A DNA stretch of 64,000 nt. It comes from a virus. The stretch is from positions 117,361 through 181,360 of IMG/VR virus record IMGVR_UViG_3300037560_000207; one strand, written 5' to 3'. Shown piece by piece: positions 48,561-59,229 of the stretch (within the stretch, counting starts at the first letter, position 1; each line of letters opens with the position of its first letter). The notes beneath the pieces were generated by a model. That model made no database searches. It worked only from the letters and a program-made list of their open reading frames with translations, and was not told the origin of the DNA. The position numbers and the translations under genes are program-made.

Positions 48561-51062
48561 TTAATACCCATGTGTATATAGGTTCCCGCTAGTATTATAC
48601 ACAAGAATATCAGCGTTTAAAAATAAATGAAGTCCACTTGGTCCGTTATTAATCATGCCAGATATACCCATCAAATAAAGTGATACTGTATTCGTTTCCT
48701 GTTCAAAAAGTCCTTCTATAAAAAGATTGCCAGACGAAGAATAATTAATTGGGGCAACACCAGACATGTATAAGTTAACCGTATCGAAATGACCAGGCTC
48801 ACATTTCAAGAATAGTGTCCATGGATCAGTATCGGAATTAAATGGTGTGTATCCGATTCTGGTTAAATCATCTGGATTAACACTACAAATGAAATTCACA
48901 GAACCGCTTATTTCAACGCCATGCGGAGCTTCACCAGAAGCATGACCATAAGTGTATAAATTGCATGTAGCTGGTATAGTAAAATCAGCCTTTAAGAACA
49001 TTGTCCATACATCGTCGCTGATCAGATTACCTGACTGGACCTTTAAAAACATAGTCCAAGCTTCGGTCCCACCAGCAGTATATGGATAATCTGCGTCGGC
49101 AGCTTCTAAATACAGTTGCGCATTATTAAAGGTCTGATTGACACCTGATTCACCAGAGAACCCATGTATGAACAGATTTACCGTATCATTGATATCATTA
49201 TCTTCAGTCTTTAGATAAAATGTCCAGTTACCCCAATCTCTTAGGGGGCCAATATATAATGGACATATTCCGCTTATAGGTTCATGGGCTTGTATATATA
49301 AAGTCGGACTTGGATCACCATATGGATATATAAAATCTTCGATATCATATGGATATGAAAAACTACCACTTGAGCAAATAAATTCTGGTCCTTTGATAAA
49401 TTCACTTATAACACCGGAATAATCGGTATGTCCCTGGATAAATAAATCTAATGGTGGTTCAAAACATCCAGCCCTTATATACATATACATATTGCCTGAA
49501 TATGATATAGGACCAGTAATAAACAAATTACCAGATGCTTCTATATTATTTTGTCCATGAATAAATAAATCATCAGAAATCTGAATTACATCATATCCAT
49601 AAAGAAATAAATTACCAGATTCAACAATATTTTCATAAGCACTTATGAATAAATTGCCTGATGCCTGATATTCATCAATACCATTTATAATTAAATTGAA
49701 TTGATCATTTTCCGGGATAATACCGCTGCCTTGTGTATAACATGATAACCCAGTAGTAGAGATATTAGCACCAAAAATATAGAGATCACCAGAAATTTCA
49801 AGATGATCTTTACTATAAATATACAAATCAAAATTTGCAAGTTGGATACCATATATACAGAGTGTAACACCAGATGGATATTGGCCACTTGAATCTATAA
49901 AATCTCGTCCATGAATAAACAATGTTGATTCATCTAAAATAAATTCATGAGCCGTAGTATATAACACACCACTTCCAGTAGCAATTTCTGGCATACCTTC
50001 AATGAGTAAATCTACATTATCGTTTTTGGAAAATGTAGCACTAGCAAAATTATCCCAATAACCAATCATTTCATAGAGTGGTTCATCAGATATATCATTA
50101 CAGTAATATTCTAATTTACCATCATCATCAATATTACTATGAATGCTACCCCAACTTGGAGATGTTGAACCTCCCTTATCAAGGTCTAATCTCCGATTAC
50201 TAATATTGCTATTAGTTTCCCGTATACCAACAGTAATATCATCAGCAAATTCTTGTTGAATACCAAATTGAGCCACAATATTAGATGGTATACCAGATGC
50301 ACCAACATCAAGTTCAACCCAAGAACTTTGACTTCCAGGTTTATGAAAAGCTATATATGTTTCATTGTATTTTGCTGGTGGTACAGAAAAATAACCCACC
50401 AAACGAAATGAACAATTAGTAGTATCTGAAGACCAAATATCTATACCAGCAGTAACACCACTAGACGGTACAAGAACACCAAGGCATATTTCGCCACCAC
50501 CCTCAGCTTGCTTAATTCCAAAGCGTCTATCTATTGCTGAACCACTAGATCGAACACCTAATGTATGATCGGTATCAACAGCAGTATTGCTCATAACAAT
50601 TTCGGCTATTTGACCACTACCAACACCATATTGATCTAATGCATAATTTTCCCAGCCGGACGGAGCAGAGGGGTCAAATTCATCAAAAGCATCTGTATAC
50701 TCACATCCCAACCAATATCCTAGTATAGTAAAATTAATATCAAGATAATCTTCTACAAAATACTGTAAATATCCACTAGAATCAAGTTGGACATGGATAG
50801 TAAGATTTGTATCACCAAGATCATCTATACTTTCAGCTAATTCAATACGACGAAAACCATCTGCCTGACCACTACTAGCGGTGCTTCTGAGACCAATATT
50901 TCTTTTTTCATCCCAAAAATCACCTTTATTAATACAAAGAACTTCTAGTACAGCACTTGGTGGAATACTGTGATTTTCTGTTACATTATAGGTCTGCCAT
51001 TGATTATCAGCAGAAATACCTATCCATCCCTCAAAACATTCTGTGTAAGACATTAATGCCAT
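48561..51062 (-). CDS. Putative tail fibre/appendage protein with repeats
   Basis: Three ~120-aa N-terminal repeats (W..Y.V ... G.RS..S...RR ... GY[WF]) and many ~15-aa SG(N/D)L(F/Y)I.G repeats; acidic. Confidence 0.65.
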   Translation of the reverse strand: MALMSYTECFEGWIGISADNQWQTYNVTENHSIPPSAVLEVLCINKGDFWDEKRNIGLRSTASSGQADGFRRIELAESIDDLGDTNLTIHVQLDSSGYLQYFVEDYLDINFTILGYWLGCEYTDAFDEFDPSAPSGWENYALDQYGVGSGQIAEIVMSNTAVDTDHTLGVRSSGSAIDRRFGIKQAEGGGEICLGVLVPSSGVTAGIDIWSSDTTNCSFRLVGYFSVPPAKYNETYIAFHKPGSQSSWVELDVGASGIPSNIVAQFGIQQEFADDITVGIRETNSNISNRRLDLDKGGSTSPSWGSIHSNIDDDGKLEYYCNDISDEPLYEMIGYWDNFASATFSKNDNVDLLIEGMPEIATGSGVLYTTAHEFILDESTLFIHGRDFIDSSGQYPSGVTLCIYGIQLANFDLYIYSKDHLEISGDLYIFGANISTTGLSCYTQGSGIIPENDQFNLIINGIDEYQASGNLFISAYENIVESGNLFLYGYDVIQISDDLFIHGQNNIEASGNLFITGPISYSGNMYMYIRAGCFEPPLDLFIQGHTDYSGVISEFIKGPEFICSSGSFSYPYDIEDFIYPYGDPSPTLYIQAHEPISGICPLYIGPLRDWGNWTFYLKTEDNDINDTVNLFIHGFSGESGVNQTFNNAQLYLEAADADYPYTAGGTEAWTMFLKVQSGNLISDDVWTMFLKADFTIPATCNLYTYGHASGEAPHGVEISGSVNFICSVNPDDLTRIGYTPFNSDTDPWTLFLKCEPGHFDTVNLYMSGVAPINYSSSGNLFIEGLFEQETNTVSLYLMGISGMINNGPSGLHLFLNADILVYNTSGNLYTHGY

Positions 51063-51072
51063 TATTTATCAC

Positions 51073-54000
51073 CTATTGTATTGCGCTCTCAAAAGTAGCT
51101 GATGCTTCCGAACTACCAGCCGAACGAGCTAATTGTTGCAATATTTTATTAATCTCTGCCTTAGCGACCTTAATAGCTACAGCCTCAAATTCTGCTGTAA
51201 ATTCTTTCGCTGCCATAGCAACACCTTGGACATCTATCTTAACTTCACTCATAGTTTCGATATCAACCCCAACACCTTCTTCTATTGCTCCTGCTATCTT
51301 ATTCATACCATCATTTAAATCGTCCATACTTTCTTGTGTCTTGCTAACAGTTTCATTATTTGTAGAAATAGCTTCAGTGTTTTCATCTAATCCTTCAATT
51401 TCTAAAGGCTTGTCTTCTTTAGCGGTAGCTAATTCTGCCTGTTGTTGTGTTTGTGTCTCTACAGCTAAAGCCACAGCATCCATTCTATCTCCAAGAGCAT
51501 TTACAGCATCTGTAGTTCCAACAATAGCTTCTTTAGCACCTTCTCCCTCAATATCACCAACAACAACTTTTTGTTGTCCAATTAATGCTTCCCGTTGTAT
51601 ATCAGATACAACCTGCATTTGATGTGCTGCTTCGATTATTCCATGACTGGCTGTCAAAATATCAGTTCCACCTGTCTTTATATCTATAGCCGCGATTTTC
51701 ATCTCTTCGATTGATCGTGCTGTTATATCAGCCGCCATTCGTGTTTCTGCCGCAGCTTGTTGTATATCTACTGCTGAAGCAGAAATATCTTCAAAGACAC
51801 GGGGGGTAGCTTCGGCTTCTGGTACTCGTCCAATAGGTTGTACTAGACTTTCTAAATAATCTTGTATAGCTGGAGTTAATTGAGGTATTAATTCTTCTGG
51901 TTCACGAGCTACTTCTGGACGTTCAATTAATGTTTTCAAACTATCAGTCAAATCTGATAAGGTACGTCTTAAAGCTCCAATATATTCAACTTCTCTAGCC
52001 CCAGGCATTTCGGCTTGTTCTCTTAATGCTTTAGCAGCAGTACGAGCTACTTCTTCTGGGTCCAAACCACTTTCACTAATCATCTTTGGAATATCATAAA
52101 TGAATCCTTTGAAATCACGAAAACTCTTTGCTAATTCCTTATTAACAGTAGCTTCCTCTTGACGACCTCGTAAAAGCTGACCTAAAATTTTACTTTCAGC
52201 CGTCTCAGCAGCAGCTTGGAGTAATGTTTCCATAACTCTACCCATATCACCACCGAATAATGCTGCTTGTAATTGTTTTGTTTCAATTATCTTTTCTTTT
52301 TCAGTTACCTGTGCTTCTGGAACAGGTCTACGTTCAGTATAAACACGGCCTTCTGGTGTAACTCTAGCACCTAGTGCTCCGGCCCCACGTTGTAAATCTC
52401 GTGTTGTTAATGCAGATGTAAATGCTCGAACAGCAGCAGCACTATCTATTAATGCTCTAGCAAAAATATCAGCAGGTTCTTCAAAAACTTGAGCTATATC
52501 AATAGCAGCTTGAGCTTCAATAAATTGGCGTTGACGATTAATCAATTCACTCATTACCTCACTACTTTTTTCTATCCGCTCCATAGCTCTAGCTGCTGCC
52601 GCTTCACTTCCTGGTTTACCACCAACAACCCTAACACCTTGAACTTCTTTAACAGTATAACCCAACTTACGTTGCATTTCTTGTTGTTTAGCCAAAGCTT
52701 GAGGTGCTTGTTGTGCAATCTTAGCTAATTGACTTAAAGCTATTTGTAAATTTAATACTTCAACAGCAGCATCATTTGAAGCTTTTAATAATTCAAGACT
52801 AGCACCTACTCCTGTTTTTTGAGCTTCAGCTACTTTTCGATTAAGTTCGGCATGTTTATTATAACTGTCTGAATATTTCTCTAAAACTTGCCCAACAACA
52901 TCTCCATTTTGAGCTAAATCAACCATAATACTATTGATATCCGTAAATGGGAATTTGAGGTCCATTCCTACATTTTTAAGAGCATTTTGTAAACTTGCTA
53001 CAATCGTCTTACCCATATCGGCAGTACCAACATCAACACCAGCCAGAAGTTCTTCACCAGATATAGCTAGATTAATTTGTTGAGCCTGTGCATCCATCCA
53101 AGTCTTAAAAACATCAATAGCAGCTTCATAGAAGGGTCGTTGTTTACCAAGAACACTCTTAAGTGCCTTTTGAACTTCTTCAGTACTTGGCAAAACACCA
53201 CCTTCATCAATTAACATATCTTTTAATTGTTGACCTAGTTGAGATGCAGCGGCCTTAAATGCAGCTTCGGCTTCAGGAGGAATCTTTTCAGGATATTCAT
53301 CCATAAATTTATCAATATAATCATCAAGAATGTCAAACGGATCGACTTTTGGATCACCCAATAATGCCCGAAGTGAATCAGCATTTGCTTTGCTTTTAAT
53401 TATTGATTTCATAAATTTTTCTAACGCAGTACCAACCCGAGCCATATCAGTTGTAAATCCTTCTAATTTTTCAAATTGACTAAGATCAATAAATTCGCCC
53501 ATTTTTCCAGCACCAGCAATCTTTTCGATGGCTTCTCTTGACCATTCAACGCCTGGTTTAGCTACACCCACTTGTTGACCAACTAATTGACTTAATTTAT
53601 CAAACATAGTAACATTCATTTCAATAGCTCTAGCAGCCTTTCCTACAGCGTCACTCAATGATGAGAGTTCATGACTCAGTTGAACTGGTACATATAGACT
53701 TTCAAAATCACTGGAAGCTTTTTCAATAGCAGTTGCTAGTTTACTAATTTTGACATCCATTTTTATTTGATCAATACTACTTGCAATTTTCTCAAGACCA
53801 CCAAGTTGTTTAATCATAGCCTGACGAAAACGGGCAGCAGCTTCAACTTGGCTACCAAACTCTTCAGCTAACATTTGATCTAAACCAGTTTCTAATCCTA
53901 CCACGCCAAATTGTTCAATAGCTGAACGTAAAATTTTGTTGAGTAATTTCGGATTTTCACCAACAATATCCTCAATCATTTTTTGTGCATCGGCATCACT

Positions 54001-56172
54001 AATTGTCATTAAACCTTCACCTTGGAAGAGATTCTTAATGCGTTCATATGCACTAGCAAAGAAACCACTCAATCCTTCTTCATAGCGTTCAGCCGATGCT
54101 TGAATACCATCCACTATTGCTGTAAGACCAAGATCACTAACAGCTTTTTCAAGAGCTTCAGTGTCACCAACTTCAATTGGTTCTACTGGCATTTCGGCTA
54201 CTTTTTTAGCAGCAGCATCTAAAATACTCTGTACATCAAGATCAACTGCTTTGACGGTAGCATATGTAAATGCAGTTATAGCAGCAGTAGCAGCAGCCAT
54301 AGCAACATACCAGGGGCCAAGAACAGTAGTCATTCCACTAATGGCCCCAAGAATACTTTTGCCAGACAACAAAGACATAGCAACTAAAATAACACCAACT
54401 GCTTTCATGAATTCAGCAGCTAATACGCCGGATGATTTTCCAGTTTCCTCAAATGATTCAGATAATTTATCAGCCGCCAAAATAAGACCAGCAGCTATTG
54501 CAAGTTGTCCAAACTTAGAAGCAGCAAGAGCCCCTGCGCCTCCAGCAATCCTAGCACCTGCACCACCAGCTACAGCAGCACCGCCAGCGCTAACCCCACC
54601 AGCCAAACGTTGTTTAACACGTTCTCTCGCTGTAGCACCAGCCATACCACCAGCACCAGCACCAGTCATCGCACCAAGCACTCCAGGTATACCACCGCCA
54701 ATACCAACAGTACTCATAAAGACCATAGCTTTAGCAGCAGCACGAATAGAAATAGCAAGTAATTTGAATCCAACAGCGAAGCCAATAATAGTAGTGAGAG
54801 CAGGAATAATCGGCTTGACAAAATCGAAAAATGTAACGAGTGCTTTACCGGCTGTAGTTATACCACGAATAATAGGAACGAACAATGGTTGAGCAAGTGT
54901 TTGAACGAGTTTATTAAATTCTTGTCCTAAAATATTAAGTTGGGCTTGTAAACCCTTTAAACCTTCTTCAGCAATTTTAGTGAAAGTACCAGCCGAATTT
55001 GTTGCAATACCCAAAGCCCTATCTACTTTTTCCATATTATTCATTAAAGCCAAGAAACGACTTATTTGTCTACGACCAGCGAGCTTTGTCCCAATCTCCA
55101 TTTTTTCCTGAATACTAGTAACATTCTGTAAAGCTGTGGCGATTCTCTTGATAGCAGCAACTGGATCACCAGATTCAATTGCTTCAGATATTCTTATACC
55201 TCTACCTTCAAGAAAATTTACAATTCTTGGATCAGCCAAACGACTTGCAAAAGTTTTGAAAAATGTACCGATAGTTGAAGAACTTTCTCTTGTAACATCT
55301 CTAACTACGGTCATAAGAGAAGCAAATTCTTTAAATGTACCACCAATAGCTTGAAAAGCAGAACCACCCTTGGTAATACCGAGAGCAAGATCTTCAGCAG
55401 AAGCAGCAAACTCCCTTTCTAAAGCAGAAAGAGTATCTAAAATATCTTCCGTTTTTAGTCCTTCTTTGTTGAATTGATTTAATGCAGCAATAGTACCTTC
55501 AACAGCACTATCTATATTTTTGAAAGATGGTGTTAGTGGTACTTTTGATAAAGCTGTTAAAGCTTCTGTTAATTGATCGCCACGAAAACCAGCTTGTGCC
55601 ATAACTTTACCAACACGAGCAATTTCACTAGCAGATGTACCACTAGTTGTAGCCAAATCAAGAATAATACTACGCATCCCAGCTATTTGCTGTTCCGTCT
55701 GGCCGGTAATTTGTCGCATTCTTAATACGGCAGTATCAAATTCTATTACCGCTGCGGTCGCTTTACCAAGACCACCTATTACAGCGAATGGAATTATAGT
55801 AGCTGTCAAGAATGCACCATATCGTTTACCCGCTATTACTACGGACCTACCAAAACTATCAGCACTTTTAGCAGCAGTTTTCAGACCACCAGCAGCTTTC
55901 CGTGTAGCATGTGTTGCTTTAGTTTGAGATGCTGTTAATTTATTATTAGCAACTGTAGCCTTATTAGTAGCAGCAGCGCTTGCAAGAACAGCAGTGGCTT
56001 GAGCCTTAGAAGCAGCAGTCATTCCGCCAGCAGCACCACCAACAACAGCAGCACCACCGACAGCAGCAGCACCAACTGGTGCAGCACCTTTTAATTTTGC
56101 AAGAGCAGCCTCAACTTTTCCTAAGCCAAGAATGTCTTGAATTCTAAGATTAACATCAAGTACAAATGCCAC
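51073..56172 (-). CDS. Tail tape measure protein (TP901-like core)
   Basis: 1699 aa, GTG start; A....FD....MRQ.TG, IA..G..MAQAG, Ala/Gly-rich TM segments, long helical repeats. Confidence 0.9.
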   Translation of the reverse strand: MAFVLDVNLRIQDILGLGKVEAALAKLKGAAPVGAAAVGGAAVVGGAAGGMTAASKAQATAVLASAAATNKATVANNKLTASQTKATHATRKAAGGLKTAAKSADSFGRSVVIAGKRYGAFLTATIIPFAVIGGLGKATAAVIEFDTAVLRMRQITGQTEQQIAGMRSIILDLATTSGTSASEIARVGKVMAQAGFRGDQLTEALTALSKVPLTPSFKNIDSAVEGTIAALNQFNKEGLKTEDILDTLSALEREFAASAEDLALGITKGGSAFQAIGGTFKEFASLMTVVRDVTRESSSTIGTFFKTFASRLADPRIVNFLEGRGIRISEAIESGDPVAAIKRIATALQNVTSIQEKMEIGTKLAGRRQISRFLALMNNMEKVDRALGIATNSAGTFTKIAEEGLKGLQAQLNILGQEFNKLVQTLAQPLFVPIIRGITTAGKALVTFFDFVKPIIPALTTIIGFAVGFKLLAISIRAAAKAMVFMSTVGIGGGIPGVLGAMTGAGAGGMAGATARERVKQRLAGGVSAGGAAVAGGAGARIAGGAGALAASKFGQLAIAAGLILAADKLSESFEETGKSSGVLAAEFMKAVGVILVAMSLLSGKSILGAISGMTTVLGPWYVAMAAATAAITAFTYATVKAVDLDVQSILDAAAKKVAEMPVEPIEVGDTEALEKAVSDLGLTAIVDGIQASAERYEEGLSGFFASAYERIKNLFQGEGLMTISDADAQKMIEDIVGENPKLLNKILRSAIEQFGVVGLETGLDQMLAEEFGSQVEAAARFRQAMIKQLGGLEKIASSIDQIKMDVKISKLATAIEKASSDFESLYVPVQLSHELSSLSDAVGKAARAIEMNVTMFDKLSQLVGQQVGVAKPGVEWSREAIEKIAGAGKMGEFIDLSQFEKLEGFTTDMARVGTALEKFMKSIIKSKANADSLRALLGDPKVDPFDILDDYIDKFMDEYPEKIPPEAEAAFKAAASQLGQQLKDMLIDEGGVLPSTEEVQKALKSVLGKQRPFYEAAIDVFKTWMDAQAQQINLAISGEELLAGVDVGTADMGKTIVASLQNALKNVGMDLKFPFTDINSIMVDLAQNGDVVGQVLEKYSDSYNKHAELNRKVAEAQKTGVGASLELLKASNDAAVEVLNLQIALSQLAKIAQQAPQALAKQQEMQRKLGYTVKEVQGVRVVGGKPGSEAAAARAMERIEKSSEVMSELINRQRQFIEAQAAIDIAQVFEEPADIFARALIDSAAAVRAFTSALTTRDLQRGAGALGARVTPEGRVYTERRPVPEAQVTEKEKIIETKQLQAALFGGDMGRVMETLLQAAAETAESKILGQLLRGRQEEATVNKELAKSFRDFKGFIYDIPKMISESGLDPEEVARTAAKALREQAEMPGAREVEYIGALRRTLSDLTDSLKTLIERPEVAREPEELIPQLTPAIQDYLESLVQPIGRVPEAEATPRVFEDISASAVDIQQAAAETRMAADITARSIEEMKIAAIDIKTGGTDILTASHGIIEAAHQMQVVSDIQREALIGQQKVVVGDIEGEGAKEAIVGTTDAVNALGDRMDAVALAVETQTQQQAELATAKEDKPLEIEGLDENTEAISTNNETVSKTQESMDDLNDGMNKIAGAIEEGVGVDIETMSEVKIDVQGVAMAAKEFTAEFEAVAIKVAKAEINKILQQLARSAGSSEASATFESAIQ

Positions 56173-56185
56173 TTATATCACATCC

Positions 56186-57079
56186 CTAATTTTTTTTCTT
56201 TTTTCGAGTAGTCTTTTTTATCTTAATTTTCTCCTTTACTCCAATATTTCCAATTACCACTGCTTTCCCAGTTTCATCATCAATAAATGGTTTTGAGATA
56301 TTTACTAATAGATTCCCATGTTCATCAACTGGACGGCCAAACGTATCTACCATTTGTCCTTCTTTATTAAGATAACGTCCATCTTGATCAACCAAACGAC
56401 CGTCCCTATCGGTAAGAATACCGTCTGGACGAATATACCGTCCATCATCATCAATCATCCCAGCGTCTTTAAGCCATTGCATCTCAAACATATTTTTATG
56501 CATATTAGTTTCCAAACCATAAATTATATTAGCAAGAATTTTAGCACCATTAACTATCGCTGTTTCATCTTGTCGGTTTACATATTCTTCATGATTCTTA
56601 ACAAATTGTAAACCTGTATCAGCAAATACCAAACACTTAACCATTAAATATTCAAAACGGAAATTTTCCGCCTGAGATTCAATTGTAGCAGAATCAAATT
56701 GTTGTCGTTTTGCATATTTTTGCATAATTAATTGTCGCCTTTCTGCCATCTGTAATGCTAATGCTCGACCTTCAGAAATTTTCATACCACCTTTCTTAAG
56801 CATTAGTTCATGAGCACGAATCTCCAATGCTAATCTTTCTACCTCGGTAGCATCCTGAAGAGTCCAAACCCCCATCTTGGCTAAATATTCATCCAATTCA
56901 ATACGAAGCAATAAACGCTGTGAATTATTTTGTGATCCTTTACGGATCAATTCTGCTACTCTTAAATTATAAGCCATATTAGCTTCTTGATTAATTTTAT
57001 TTGTTGGTCGAATAACAGCCAATTGCAATGGTTCATTTTCAACATTTACAGTATCAATAACTATCCTCTTAGTGTCCAT
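56186..57079 (-). CDS. Putative tail assembly chaperone with D/N-x-x-G-R repeats
   Basis: Immediately upstream of the tape measure; GGAGG RBS; repeat block DDDGRYIRPDGILTDRDGRLVDQDGRYLNKEGQMVDTFGRPVDEHGNL. Confidence 0.6.
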   Translation of the reverse strand: MDTKRIVIDTVNVENEPLQLAVIRPTNKINQEANMAYNLRVAELIRKGSQNNSQRLLLRIELDEYLAKMGVWTLQDATEVERLALEIRAHELMLKKGGMKISEGRALALQMAERRQLIMQKYAKRQQFDSATIESQAENFRFEYLMVKCLVFADTGLQFVKNHEEYVNRQDETAIVNGAKILANIIYGLETNMHKNMFEMQWLKDAGMIDDDGRYIRPDGILTDRDGRLVDQDGRYLNKEGQMVDTFGRPVDEHGNLLVNISKPFIDDETGKAVVIGNIGVKEKIKIKKTTRKKKKN

Positions 57080-57437
57080 TAGTTTTTCCTCCAAAGTCCA
57101 TGTGATATCCTTCGAATTCTACACGATGTAGATCAATTTCCATTCCCAACGCACGTGCTTGAGCATTTCCCTTATCTAAAATATTCTTTCGAATTTGTTC
57201 CCAACGTATTCGATTTGCTTTTTGTTCGGGCGTTAATTTATCTTCTGGCAAATTGTGACCCCAAAGTTCAAAACCAAACGTATTCTCAAATTCAGCTAAA
57301 GCAGAAATAAAACAAGTCCTAAATTTCTTATTAGCAATTCTTTTCAAACGATCTCGTGAATCTTGGATAATTCTTCCACGATACGCTTCTTTTTGCTTTC
57401 GCCGCAATTCTGATAATTCTTCCTCTTTCTGAGACAT
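57069..57437 (-). CDS. Hypothetical protein (tail region)
   Basis: AAGGAG RBS; packed ORF. Confidence 0.7.
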   Translation of the reverse strand: MSQKEEELSELRRKQKEAYRGRIIQDSRDRLKRIANKKFRTCFISALAEFENTFGFELWGHNLPEDKLTPEQKANRIRWEQIRKNILDKGNAQARALGMEIDLHRVEFEGYHMDFGGKTNGH

Positions 57438-57447
57438 TTTTATCTCC

Positions 57448-58521
57448 TTACTTGTGACCAATATCTTTAACATGTTTTCTTTGCATATTTAGCAGTTGTT
57501 GTCTCATTTCTCGTTGACTATCTGGCATATCTTGTTCTCGTATGGAACCTTGTTCATTCAATAATTTTTGACGAGCCTTAATTTTAGCCCGAGAACCAGG
57601 ATCATTCATATTGTAAATACGCTTAGCACCTTCTCTATCTGCCATTATAAATTCTTCATTACGACCAGGCTTAGTTGGTTGTTGAGTCTGTGTTTTTCCT
57701 TCAATTTTTTCTCCCTGACGAATAAACCAGGAATCTAATAAATCATCATCTACAATGATATCTTTTGATGGTCGTTCATAAGCATTGTAAACTGAATCAT
57801 ATATAGTAGACCAATAAGCTAATTCTCGTTGATTCAAAGACCATGATACAACAGAGCCATCAAATAAATCATTGGTATTTTTGGCTGTTTCCCAATATGC
57901 CCGCCATTGTTGTGATCTAGCCAATTTTCGGATTAATGAAATAGATATCCGTGACTTTTGGAAGAATGACTCACAAAGCTGCATAATTAATCCATTATCG
58001 TTACATTCATCAAAATCTTGAGCAGTAGGCCAAAATAATTTACCATCTTCGGTTTCGGTAATTTGACCAATCAAACATTGTTGTTGACAAATTTCTGCAT
58101 GAGATTCTGCGCTATTCTGTAATAGAATATGTTTCTTATTTAATCGTTCGATTAAAGCTTTTTCAGCTCGACGTAAAAGAGAGCGAGCTTTTTCTAATTT
58201 TGTTGTATTAAACAAAAAATCCAATAATCCTCGGCGGATTGTATGGATGTCTTTTTGCAATCCTTCAATTTCTACATCTCTATCTGAATTCCATCGTCCA
58301 AGAAGGATAAGATTTTCAAGTGTTTCTTTTTCAGAAGATAATCCTATAATGAGACCACGCTGTAATTCAATTGAATAAGTTAAAGCAGCTTTTGCTTGTT
58401 CTTTGGGTATAGGAGGATGTAATAGAAGTGGAATAAGCGTACCATCCTGAAGAGCAACAGTAATTGGAATGTATCCCCAGCTAATCTTGGCAATGAGCCG
58501 TTCCTTTGTGGCTATATCCAT
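57448..58521 (-). CDS. Putative tail assembly chaperone-like protein
   Basis: Helical; IR.LARS..WR..W, L..W...YD.VY...ERP..DII.DDD.LD.W pattern; located before the tape measure. Confidence 0.55.
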   Translation of the reverse strand: MDIATKERLIAKISWGYIPITVALQDGTLIPLLLHPPIPKEQAKAALTYSIELQRGLIIGLSSEKETLENLILLGRWNSDRDVEIEGLQKDIHTIRRGLLDFLFNTTKLEKARSLLRRAEKALIERLNKKHILLQNSAESHAEICQQQCLIGQITETEDGKLFWPTAQDFDECNDNGLIMQLCESFFQKSRISISLIRKLARSQQWRAYWETAKNTNDLFDGSVVSWSLNQRELAYWSTIYDSVYNAYERPSKDIIVDDDLLDSWFIRQGEKIEGKTQTQQPTKPGRNEEFIMADREGAKRIYNMNDPGSRAKIKARQKLLNEQGSIREQDMPDSQREMRQQLLNMQRKHVKDIGHK

Positions 58522-58584
58522 TTTATACCTTCCCAGTTCCAAAAAAATACAGTGGTACTGTCTATCCAAATCCTATCCTATACA

Positions 58585-58597
58585 ATTATACACCATC
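58585..58597 (-). promoter_or_regulatory. Putative promoter (GATGGTGTATAA)
   Basis: Identical 12-mer at 59312-59323. Confidence 0.55.
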
Positions 58598-58620
58598 ATT
58601 AATTTTAGGATAAAAAATAA

Positions 58621-58654
58621 CAAAAAAAGGCCGAGAGCTTTACACCCCCGGCCT
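58621..58654 (-). terminator. Intrinsic terminator after 58681 gene
   Basis: GGCCGGGGG-TGTAAAG-CTCTCGGCC stem followed by a T-tract on the minus strand. Confidence 0.8.
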
Positions 58655-58680
58655 CAGAAATGATTTTCAGTTATCTTAAA

Positions 58681-59229
58681 TTAGAAATAACGTCGATCTT
58701 TTAATTCGGTTGGAACACATTCCACGATTGCCAAAAGTTCTACTGGGGTAGAACCAGACACACCAATCGCATCGTTCGCTTGTGCGGATAAAACTGTTCT
58801 CAATGAACCACCCTTGGGAACTGATTGATAAGTTTTATCCAGGCTAGCATTGATAATAGCACCGGAATTAGCAGGTGCAGAAAATAACAGTTTATCAGTA
58901 CTGGCTGTTACACCAGATGCATCTATTGAAACAAGAGTGTTCCAACTAGCTGATCCGGGTGACGCTGGAGATGCGTCAACAACAGCGTCCCTTTGTAGAG
59001 AAACAGTTAGATTAGACCCACTACCATTAAAACCTGCACCGGATACAGATACACAATGTACCTCAAATCCTAGAACATTGACTGCAAAAGGACAGTCCCT
59101 ATTGAAGAAATTTTCTGTATCTGTTACTGCCGAACCACTAACAGCAGTTGCGCTCAGTGTTTTATACATTGTTAAAGTCTTTGGCGTCGGGTTCAGATTC
59201 CCGGCCCAGTTGTCAGTTACCAAACTCAT
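58681..59229 (-). CDS. Putative abundant virion protein (decoration/cement-like)
   Basis: Own promoter motif, GGGGAGG RBS and terminator; Ser/Gly/Ala-rich beta protein. Confidence 0.65.
   Translation of the reverse strand: MSLVTDNWAGNLNPTPKTLTMYKTLSATAVSGSAVTDTENFFNRDCPFAVNVLGFEVHCVSVSGAGFNGSGSNLTVSLQRDAVVDASPASPGSASWNTLVSIDASGVTASTDKLLFSAPANSGAIINASLDKTYQSVPKGGSLRTVLSAQANDAIGVSGSTPVELLAIVECVPTELKDRRYF

Noticed and set aside
50957-55354. Long + strand ORFs opposite the tape measure (50957..51622, 54161..54892, etc.)
   Set aside because: Antisense shadows of Ala/Gly-rich codons (GCT/GCA give few stops on the other strand), with no independent signals.
56186-58521. Programmed -1 frameshift of the lambda G/G-T tail chaperone type
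   Set aside because: Each ORF has its own RBS and start, and I could not identify a convincing slippery heptamer linking them.
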